From: a virus
Lineage: Duplodnaviria > Caudoviricetes
Length of the DNA: 64,000 nt
Strand: one strand, 5' to 3'
IMG/VR virus record: IMGVR_UViG_3300044535_001062
Location: 55 to 64,054 of that record
Made by a program: the position numbers and the translations under genes. Numbering within the stretch: the first letter of the stretch is position 1; each line of letters begins with the position of its first letter. The notes beneath the pieces were generated by a model. That model did no database searches, was not told where the DNA came from, and saw nothing but the letters and a program-made list of their open reading frames with translations. Positions 56,898-64,000 of this stretch are shown piece by piece.

Positions 56898-59150
56898 TTA
56901 AAGAGCACCAGCTGCTTCTGGTCCGGCAACTACTTCGTCACCAGGCTGAGGTTCTTCTGCCACGGCCTGATTGGCAGCTTCTTCCATAGCTCCTGGGGTT
57001 TCCGGAACACCTTGTTCAATTGGACTAGCATTTTTAACTGCCTCAGAAGCGGCCTTGAGTTCTTGACGATAGTTCGAACCTTCTTGTGCAACTTGTGCTT
57101 GTTGCATTTGAGCTTGCATCATGGCTTCTTGTTGAGCAGCCTGCATGATCTGTTGTCTACGCATCTCTTCTTTTTTCTCCATATCTTTCTTAGCCATAGA
57201 GTATTCAAGTTCTTTGAGAAGTTCTGTGTAAGACTTAGATGTTTCGATCTTAATATAATCACGCATGTCAATAAGACCGTTCTGCATTGCAGCTTGTGCG
57301 ATAGCGAGTAATCTTTCTTTTGCCTGTTCGTCCAAAAAGTCTTTTACCTTTATGTATACACCAAAATCTTCGAACTTAACTTCATCGGTAATTTCTAAGA
57401 AGTCATATCCTCTGTCGTCAAGTAATCCAACTCCCTCTTCTTTGAGAGAAAGAAGAGAAACTTTATATTGATTCAATGCGTACTGAAGATCCTTTTCAAT
57501 GAAACGAATAAAACCTTGGTAAAGGTAAGCTGTACCTAGGTTTGACTGGGCAATGGAACCTGCCTGTGTTTTAGCACCAAGATAGCCTTGCTGCTGTCCC
57601 ATAGCTATTTTTGGAACGTTAACAATCTCTTCCATGATACGTTCTTCTTCTCTCTTCAAGTTGATAAGTTCACGAACGTTTGGATCAAGTGTCATGTCAA
57701 CTACTTCTACAATACGGTTATTGTCATTGTTATTGTAATCTTCACCTGTGGCGTTTCCGTCTGTAATATGAATACCCATTCTCTCAAAGTCGTTGAGAAC
57801 TTCTTGGGGGGTAGCAGAGCCAAGTTTGTGTTTGTTTAGAATAAACACTTTTCCCTTGGCCCGGTCAGTAGCTTTTGTGATTTCGTAGTTCAGATAGTCA
57901 ATTCTATCCTGGTGTTTATGAAGCCTCGATGCAATAGAACGTGTTTCGCCCATAACCATGTTAGGAAGAAACACACTAATTGGAAGTTCAACTTCATTCT
58001 TATCATCAAAGTTTCTAACGATGTTATTTGTTTCACCCCAATTGACCATATACTTGTTGGCTATGAGGGTTCCTTTATAAACAGTCTTAACCCAGTATTG
58101 AGAGTTACTTCTCTTTCTAGTTTTAGAGAAGTGTTCATTGCCATACTGATCTTTGGTTTTTTCGTAACGTAGTTCTTTGTAGCCAACCCAGTAACCGGTA
58201 ACACATGCCATCTTAGGTACACCGCTCCAGTTATACCACCAGCGAAGTTGGTTTGAACTGATGTATTCTTCTCCGAGCATTTTGTCGATTGTCTGAGTAT
58301 TTACAGTTTTAATCTCTTCTATATCTGCCGGAGAAAGATAAGCCATGAAGTCAGGATTAGAAAGAATTTCACCTGGTGTGTACCAGTCAACTTTTCCTAC
58401 AAACTGAGCTCTTGAATTATAATCATCATCGACTGTGTTATCCCAAATCAAGTTGTAAGGAAGGATAACTTCTTTGATCTGTCTTCCTTTTTTAATGTAG
58501 TTCTCAATACCAATTACACCACCAAGAGTTAAATACAGGAAAGCCTGTTTGTATTTCTCGATAAACTTGTTTCTGTAAAGAATGTCTTCAGCCAACCTTT
58601 GAGCAATTTCTTCTGAGTACTCTTTGTAATCATACGTCATGTACTTCTGAAGATCCTGTTCGTTTTCAAAATTAACCATTCCGGTAGGATTGAATTCAAC
58701 GCCTTTTTCTGACATTGCATCTGCAATTTCTTTAAGAATGATTTTACTCAAAGCCATTTGATAGATTTCATTTTTCTTTGAAATCAAAGCTTTGGATGTA
58801 CCACGAACTGTAGGCTCGATATTTTCAATCATTTTGATAGCACTTCCTAACATGAAGTCTATCATTGAAGTTAATTTTTGACCGTTTATCCAGACGTGAG
58901 GTAACTTGCAGTTATCAGCGTCTTGTGTTGAATAGTAGTAATCACGGTTTTCTTGTTTACCTAGGTAGTAGGTAAACATGCGGATCATTTCATCTATTGG
59001 TTTGTCCCAAGATTGAGGTGTCCGATACCCCAGCTGATTTTGTTGTGTATTATACTTTTCGGCTATGTATTGTATGTTCTCTTTGAACCAAATAGCGTTC
59101 TTGTCTTTCTCGGGTACAAATTGTTTTGGTTGGTCTTTTATTGATAACAT
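56898..59150 (-). CDS. Portal protein
   Basis: 750 aa; P.Q.VP...K...W start, Gln-rich C-terminal barrel helix; synteny. Confidence 0.85.
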   Translation of the reverse strand: MLSIKDQPKQFVPEKDKNAIWFKENIQYIAEKYNTQQNQLGYRTPQSWDKPIDEMIRMFTYYLGKQENRDYYYSTQDADNCKLPHVWINGQKLTSMIDFMLGSAIKMIENIEPTVRGTSKALISKKNEIYQMALSKIILKEIADAMSEKGVEFNPTGMVNFENEQDLQKYMTYDYKEYSEEIAQRLAEDILYRNKFIEKYKQAFLYLTLGGVIGIENYIKKGRQIKEVILPYNLIWDNTVDDDYNSRAQFVGKVDWYTPGEILSNPDFMAYLSPADIEEIKTVNTQTIDKMLGEEYISSNQLRWWYNWSGVPKMACVTGYWVGYKELRYEKTKDQYGNEHFSKTRKRSNSQYWVKTVYKGTLIANKYMVNWGETNNIVRNFDDKNEVELPISVFLPNMVMGETRSIASRLHKHQDRIDYLNYEITKATDRAKGKVFILNKHKLGSATPQEVLNDFERMGIHITDGNATGEDYNNNDNNRIVEVVDMTLDPNVRELINLKREEERIMEEIVNVPKIAMGQQQGYLGAKTQAGSIAQSNLGTAYLYQGFIRFIEKDLQYALNQYKVSLLSLKEEGVGLLDDRGYDFLEITDEVKFEDFGVYIKVKDFLDEQAKERLLAIAQAAMQNGLIDMRDYIKIETSKSYTELLKELEYSMAKKDMEKKEEMRRQQIMQAAQQEAMMQAQMQQAQVAQEGSNYRQELKAASEAVKNASPIEQGVPETPGAMEEAANQAVAEEPQPGDEVVAGPEAAGAL

Positions 59151-59173
59151 TTCAGCCTGTTAGTAAAGTTGTA

Positions 59174-59181
59174 CAAATATA
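59174..59181 (-). promoter_or_regulatory. -7 promoter element for the portal operon
   Basis: TATATTTG on the - strand in the intergenic gap. Confidence 0.65.
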
Positions 59182-59217
59182 GTGAAATAAGTTTATAAAA
59201 AACAAATTCACATTTTC

Positions 59218-59487
59218 TCAGCTCATGCAGTCTTTGATTTTTTGAGATAGTTCCATTTTGGAACACTTTACAAGATAATGTTCTAAACCAATGCAGATTA
59301 CTGTAAGTGGTTTGTTGAAGGTACTCCTCTCATCTGAAAAGTAATAGTCGATTCTCCAAAAGTGAATAGGAAAAGTTGGCGAATCATAAATATCTGAGAA
59401 GCCATTATCTTCTAGATATTCTTTGTTGTCCTCGTCTTCATCTGGATCGAGAGCCAGCACTTCTAGAATAAGTGGTTTTTTCAGCAT
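59218..59487 (-). CDS. Hypothetical protein
   Basis: 89-aa ORF preceded by TAAATTTG-TTTT-ATG. Confidence 0.7.
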   Translation of the reverse strand: MLKKPLILEVLALDPDEDEDNKEYLEDNGFSDIYDSPTFPIHFWRIDYYFSDERSTFNKPLTVICIGLEHYLVKCSKMELSQKIKDCMS

Positions 59488-59501
59488 AAAACAAATTTAA
59501 T

Positions 59502-59542
59502 AAAAAAAAGAATACAAAAAAAAGAATACGAAGTATTCTTTT
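59502..59542 (-). terminator. Intrinsic terminator closing the candidate ncRNA
   Basis: AAAAGAATAC-TTC-GTATTCTTTTTTTT; the GTATTC-T8 unit is duplicated. Confidence 0.65.
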
Positions 59543-59849
59543 AATACACATAAGAGTGTATTTGTATTATCCAATATGCATCTTTGGGGTGTTCTCCGGC
59601 ATACAGTGAGCTATCCCGATAAAAGTCTATCGAGTTAGTCACCGTTGCTGTGGGTACATCTTCGTACACGCCCCCCAACATACACCAATAAGTCGTGCTT
59701 GCTTATTGGCTTGAGATCCACTTTCGAGAGTTTTGCACCTCCCTTTCAGTCCTACGGCTCATCTCTTTGTGCCACCGCTGCGCTTTGCTGAAATCCCATG
59801 GTAACGCTTTACACCGGAACGCCATCGTTATTTTTCCGCCCATTCCGAC
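59516..59849 (-). ncRNA. Candidate stand-alone structured ncRNA (about 330 nt)
   Basis: Own promoter (59854-59861) and terminator; GC-richer than its flanks; several stems; no ORF of 60 aa or more. Confidence 0.55.
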
Positions 59850-59853
59850 ACCG

Positions 59854-59861
59854 CAAATATA
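59854..59861 (-). promoter_or_regulatory. -7 promoter element for the candidate ncRNA
   Basis: TATATTTG on the - strand, with TTTTTG upstream at about -30. Confidence 0.7.
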
Positions 59862-59878
59862 AAGTCAGTTTTCAAAAA

Positions 59879-60298
59879 TCAAAACGTTCCTACGAAATTT
59901 TTTTTCTCAAGGTAGTCCAAACGATATAAGATAAGGTCCAGAAAGCTTATGTTGAAAGTGAATCCGAACGCCATGGCAAACTTTAGAATGTTGTGCGTAT
60001 TGTAGTGTTCTGGATTGTACAGCTGATAGTCGCTGAACGCATAATCAAATATTCCGGTTTTATCATAAACCCTGGCGTGAAGCATGCCCTTTACGATGTT
60101 ATGCTTCTTGACTAAGTAGTCTAGATTGAAAGCAAGGTTCTTAGCCATGAGTGAAAATCTTTTATCTACCATTTCGTAGTAGTACCCTTTCTTCAACTCG
60201 CTAATTTTCTTGTTTTCTACGGCTAGAAAAAACTCTTGTGACTTGATCTCAGAAATTTTTTTATCGATTTCTTCTAAAGAAATTTTGTTTTTCGACAT
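59879..60298 (-). CDS. Hypothetical protein
   Basis: Start moved to ATG 60298. Confidence 0.7.
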   Translation of the reverse strand: MSKNKISLEEIDKKISEIKSQEFFLAVENKKISELKKGYYYEMVDKRFSLMAKNLAFNLDYLVKKHNIVKGMLHARVYDKTGIFDYAFSDYQLYNPEHYNTHNILKFAMAFGFTFNISFLDLILYRLDYLEKKNFVGTF

Positions 60299-60305
60299 AA
60301 AGTTG

Positions 60306-60321
60306 TATATTTGCAAAGGTA
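60306..60321. promoter_or_regulatory. Abutting opposed -7 promoter elements at the strand switch
   Basis: TATATTTG (+, 60306-60313) abuts TACCTTTG (-, 60314-60321). Confidence 0.65.
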
Positions 60322-60358
60322 AGGATACTAAAAGAAAAAACACTAAAACTATATATTA

Positions 60359-61033
60359 ATGGCACTTGGTAACAATTCGTCTGCGATCTACGTGGACATT
60401 CGTAACGGAAAGGTTTTCCGTTATTCGAAAACAGAACAGGACGGCACTACAGCGGTTCTAAATTCAAAAGGAGAAAAGAAACACTATTTCATCTACGACT
60501 TCATTGAAGGTAACGTAACCGGTTTCTCTACTCGTGAAGAAGACATGCAAGGTAACAAGAAACTTGTGTTTCAGATTCACATGACAGACGGTAATGACAA
60601 TTACATTGTTAAGATGGGAGTTGAGACAGCTTACTTCCGTATGTTTTGCTCGGTAGTTCCGAACATCGACTTTAATTACACTGTGAGGCTCATTCCTCGT
60701 TTGAAAGAAGAGAACGGAGTTAAAAAGTCGAGCATGATCGTAGTAAATAAGGATCTTCCTATGAAGTTTGCGTTTACTGCTGACAATCCCAACGGAAAAC
60801 CTCAAATTCAAATTACCAAAAACAAGAAAGGTGAGATCGTTGACATCGATCGTGAAGAAGAAACACAGTTTTTCATGAACCTGATCAACCAGACCAGACA
60901 AAAACTTGTTCATCCGGCTGTATCACTGTCTACTACAGTGGACACATCAGTTGAAGAAAAAGTAAAATCTCCTAAAAAATCAATTACGGTACTTGACGAA
61001 GAGCCATTGGGTTCTGATGATCTGCCGTTCTAG
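60359..61033 (+). CDS. Putative single-stranded DNA-binding protein
   Basis: Beta-rich body and acidic DDLPF C-terminus; next to the YqaJ nuclease. Confidence 0.65.
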   Translation: MALGNNSSAIYVDIRNGKVFRYSKTEQDGTTAVLNSKGEKKHYFIYDFIEGNVTGFSTREEDMQGNKKLVFQIHMTDGNDNYIVKMGVETAYFRMFCSVVPNIDFNYTVRLIPRLKEENGVKKSSMIVVNKDLPMKFAFTADNPNGKPQIQITKNKKGEIVDIDREEETQFFMNLINQTRQKLVHPAVSLSTTVDTSVEEKVKSPKKSITVLDEEPLGSDDLPF

Positions 61034-61061
61034 TCTCACATTTTTTAATTCAAGCTGAGTA

Positions 61062-61337
61062 ATGTCAAAAATCGCTAATCCCAAGTTAGCAAGCGTGATT
61101 GCTGATGGGATTGTAAAAACAAAAGCTGAGATGTCAGCCCTTTCTAAGAAAGAAACAGACGTTGTATATGAACATATGCAACATCACTACGACAAAGAGG
61201 AAAAAATCATCCGTCAGAGTTGTATGAAAGCTGCTGCGTCTTGCTACAATCCTCCGTTCGGAGAACAGCCAAAGGAAATTGCTTCTAAAATTATCGAAAT
61301 ATCTGAAATCCTTTTCTCATGGGTGACTTCAAAATAG
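61062..61337 (+). CDS. Hypothetical protein
   Basis: IIRQSCMKAA...WV motif. Confidence 0.7.
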   Translation: MSKIANPKLASVIADGIVKTKAEMSALSKKETDVVYEHMQHHYDKEEKIIRQSCMKAAASCYNPPFGEQPKEIASKIIEISEILFSWVTSK

Positions 61338-62317
61338 TATCGATAGACAAGAACACCGATTACCAGGGTTGGCTTGACTTCAGACAGAATGGAATAGGAG
61401 CATCTGAGATTGGTACATTACTCGGCTTGAATCCTTACAAGTCCAAGATAGAACTTTTCTATCAGAAGCTTGGTGTTATTCCTCAGATGCAAGAGGAGAA
61501 CGTGGTTATGTTTTACGGAAACCGTCTCGAAGATTTCGTTGCTTCGATGTGGGAGTACTATTCTGGAACCCCGGAGTCAATTGTTTCGAATTTTAATTCC
61601 GGCTCCAAGCAAAGACATGCCAAGTCGGTTAGTGGATATATACTAAATAGTGATTATCCGGAAATGTTCTTTTCCCCGGATAGACTCATTGTATCCAAAG
61701 ATACAGATAAAGTTTTGTATAAAGAAAAGCTTGTCGCAAAAAACATCAAAGGTATTTTAGAGATCAAGACTATTTCCGGATTTGCTTCCAAGCAGTGGGA
61801 CGGTGGTATACCTCCTAGCTACATCATACAGGTAACCGCATATATGATCGGTCTTGAACAGAACTACGCTGAGATAGCATTGTTTGAAGACGGAAGAAAG
61901 TTCAGCGTTCTGCCGGTAGAAAGAAATCCCTCGCTGGTTGATAAGATACTGCGAGAGGTAAGAGACTTTACTGATAGGGTTCAAGCAGCCAAGAATGATA
62001 TGGCAAACGTACACCTGTACGAACCGGAACCAGATGGAACACAGGCATTCGAACAGTTCTTGAACAAGAAGTACGCACTGTCCGAAGACAAGACAATACA
62101 GGGAAACAAAGAACTTCTTGAGTTGGCTATCCGACACAAGATGTTGTCCGAAACGATAAAGGAAAGCGAATCGCAACTTCGTGAGTACACGAACATGCTC
62201 AAGAATTACATGAAAGAGTTTGAAGCAATTGATTTTGGAGATACCGGTAAGGTAGTGTGGAGAACAGACTCTCGTGGAATAAGGGCTCTGAAAAATAACA
62301 TCACACTAAAAAAATAA
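61319..62317 (+). CDS. YqaJ-like (lambda exonuclease family) viral recombinase nuclease
   Basis: WL..R..GIGASE...GLNPY.S, GN.LE, SPD, LEIKT, P..Y..Q...YM. Confidence 0.92.
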   Translation: MGDFKIVSIDKNTDYQGWLDFRQNGIGASEIGTLLGLNPYKSKIELFYQKLGVIPQMQEENVVMFYGNRLEDFVASMWEYYSGTPESIVSNFNSGSKQRHAKSVSGYILNSDYPEMFFSPDRLIVSKDTDKVLYKEKLVAKNIKGILEIKTISGFASKQWDGGIPPSYIIQVTAYMIGLEQNYAEIALFEDGRKFSVLPVERNPSLVDKILREVRDFTDRVQAAKNDMANVHLYEPEPDGTQAFEQFLNKKYALSEDKTIQGNKELLELAIRHKMLSETIKESESQLREYTNMLKNYMKEFEAIDFGDTGKVVWRTDSRGIRALKNNITLKK

Positions 62318-62319
62318 TC

Positions 62320-62505
62320 ATGGCAAAAAAAGACATCGCTGTTAAAACCTCTATCGAGAATCTTGAACAGCAACTCTGGTTGGATCCTAGCTTGTTTCAT
62401 TACATTTACAATGCACTGTATGAAATGTACGAAGCCGGATATAACGACCGAATCGAAGAAGAAAAAGCACAATTTAAACCAATCGTAAATGAGCAACAAG
62501 ACTAA
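62320..62505 (+). CDS. Hypothetical protein
   Basis: 61-aa ORF within the operon. Confidence 0.65.
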   Translation: MAKKDIAVKTSIENLEQQLWLDPSLFHYIYNALYEMYEAGYNDRIEEEKAQFKPIVNEQQD

Positions 62506-62731
62506 AGTAATCGCAAAATTATCGGCAAGAATGAATTTGTCTGAAACCGATCCATTCGCCAGCACATCGGACTTTGTTGAAGTGACAGAGTGGGCGAAAG
62601 AAGAAGGTTTCGATATTTGCATTCATACTGAAATCGGAACACAAACGTTCTCTCTTACCCACTGCGAACTTCAGACAATCAAAAAACTGATCAAAACACT
62701 CAAAGATTTCAAACAAGATGAGCCAGAATAA
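62489..62731 (+). CDS. Hypothetical protein
   Basis: DFVEVTEW...GFDI.I pattern. Confidence 0.7.
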   Translation: MSNKTKVIAKLSARMNLSETDPFASTSDFVEVTEWAKEEGFDICIHTEIGTQTFSLTHCELQTIKKLIKTLKDFKQDEPE

Positions 62732-62939
62732 TAAAGTTGGAAGAGAAGTCCGCAGGATTTTAAACTATCGAAACGACATTGCCTTGTACTTGGTTAAGCA
62801 TGACCGCACGCTGGCTGAAGAACATGCGTTGATATTGGAAAAGAAATCCAATCTTACGTTATCACAACGTAATTACATTTTGACCTATTACGAAGAACTA
62901 GAAAACACGGAGGCTGAGGTTTCAGATACAGAACAATGA
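62718..62939 (+). CDS. Hypothetical protein
   Basis: 73-aa ORF. Confidence 0.65.
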   Translation: MSQNNKVGREVRRILNYRNDIALYLVKHDRTLAEEHALILEKKSNLTLSQRNYILTYYEELENTEAEVSDTEQ

Positions 62940-63307
62940 AAGGATATCTATACAAAGTAAACACTTCTTGGGTTATGGAATACTTCCACGAAGAAGACAC
63001 TCCGGAAGGAACCGTAATGAACTGGAAGACAACTGCTGTTATGCCTGAGTTTAGCCACGTACTTGATAGTACCTTTGATCCCAATGGAAACAAAGATGTT
63101 GAATTTACTGAAGTTACAGTAAAGACTGAACTGTCAACACAGAGATACGCATTCATTGATCTCACCACCATTACACAAAAGGTAAAGCTCTCACCACTTG
63201 ACTGGAAAGAAGTCTGGAGTAAGTGGGAAGAAGACAGGGGTTTCTTTGATGGATTCTGGGAACTGAAGAACTGGCTCAAAAAGAACTTTCTACTTTATAA
63301 AATTTAA
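62936..63307 (+). CDS. Hypothetical protein
   Basis: 123-aa ORF with ATGA coupling. Confidence 0.7.
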   Translation: MKGYLYKVNTSWVMEYFHEEDTPEGTVMNWKTTAVMPEFSHVLDSTFDPNGNKDVEFTEVTVKTELSTQRYAFIDLTTITQKVKLSPLDWKEVWSKWEEDRGFFDGFWELKNWLKKNFLLYKI

Positions 63308-63318
63308 AACACATTCTA

Positions 63319-63864
63319 ATGAAAAGCATAAACTCTAGATCGCTACCTATTATCGAAAAGGCAACAAATCACTTCTATGACGAGTTGGTACAAATACCGT
63401 CATACACAGACATGATTCTGATCAGAAACAAAAGCCACGCATCAAGTGAGATGACTGATGTGTTGTACATTCCGGACTTGTCTAGAAACGAACAGGACAC
63501 GTATTACTATCCGGTTATCTGTAACTCGTATCCGAGCGAGCGTCATTTGTTGATTCCAGGCAAGTATGATTATAGGCTGGGGATGAAGTACGGAGCCATC
63601 TATGGTCAGCAGATGTCCTTGGCTTTCATATATGACTCAGAAACAGATATTACCAATAGCGACTTTGGAAAACAAAAGCTGTCCGGTTTTAGCCTGTTGT
63701 TCAATCCGATTCACCGGTTGTTGAAACCCACGTCACCCATAAGCAATCACTCTCCCGGATCCATAAAAGTTTCCAAAGATGGATACTTTATTATAGAAAG
63801 AATGTGGGAAGAGCATCGCACCGAGTTTACATTATTCATTGCAAACATCAATCACCTTATTTAA
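63319..63864 (+). CDS. Hypothetical protein, possible degenerate homolog of the endolysin catalytic domain
   Basis: LIPGKY...IH...HSPGS aligns by eye to GINFH...WSAGC. Confidence 0.55.
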   Translation: MKSINSRSLPIIEKATNHFYDELVQIPSYTDMILIRNKSHASSEMTDVLYIPDLSRNEQDTYYYPVICNSYPSERHLLIPGKYDYRLGMKYGAIYGQQMSLAFIYDSETDITNSDFGKQKLSGFSLLFNPIHRLLKPTSPISNHSPGSIKVSKDGYFIIERMWEEHRTEFTLFIANINHLI

Positions 63865-63880
63865 TTTAAAAACAATTCAA

Positions 63881-64000
63881 AATGGCAGACGAAACTTTAT
63901 TCGCAGACGGATTCGATGAGGCTATCGTAGGTATAGACTACATCTCTTATCCACCACGTATCATTTACGACAAAAACAAAATGGTTGAAATCCTGGTTGA
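63881..64000. repeat. Terminal direct repeat / circular assembly overlap (copy 2)
   Basis: Matches 1-120 with one mismatch. Confidence 0.95.

Noticed and set aside
17529-59150. Stop-codon reassignment, as seen in some crAss-like phages
   Set aside because: All large genes are intact under code 11 and there is no suppressor anticodon
59725-59760. Group II intron domain V-like start (GAGCCGTA..CTGAAAG) on the - strand
   Set aside because: The 3' strand needed to close domain V is absent, and there is no maturase or reverse transcriptase gene
1-64000. CRISPR array, DGR/retron reverse transcriptase, IS element or intein
   Set aside because: No repeat-spacer array, RT motifs, TR/VR pair, transposase or intein signatures seen by eye

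Overview
The window is an apparently complete, circularly assembled tailed-phage genome of about 63,880 bp: bases 63881-64000 repeat bases 1-120 with one mismatch. It uses genetic code 11. The host is very likely in Bacteroidota, judged from TAnnTTTG promoters and A-rich, Shine-Dalgarno-free start contexts. Layout: (i) a non-coding, palindrome-dense control region at about 0.9-2.1 kb; (ii) + strand early genes at 2.1-11.4 kb; (iii) a serine recombinase and a replication module (primase-helicase, family B DNA polymerase, DnaA-domain-IV-like protein) at 11.4-17.5 kb; (iv) a long - strand late block at 17.5-60.3 kb with crAss-like podovirus synteny (portal, scaffold, major capsid, ring proteins, muzzle, ejection proteins, a 4237-aa polyvalent protein, lysis genes, many small Lys-rich proteins, terminase); (v) a + strand SSB/YqaJ recombination block at 60.3-64 kb. 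The most unusual signals are non-coding. One is an rRNA-operon-like early leader (host promoter, boxA-like motifs, many hairpins, a tRNA mimic ending in CCA). A second is a separate ~330-nt structured RNA candidate with its own promoter and terminator upstream of the portal gene. A third is a set of late promoters placed 3-6 nt from the ATG, suggesting leaderless mRNAs. All protein calls come from motif recall and synteny, not database searches.
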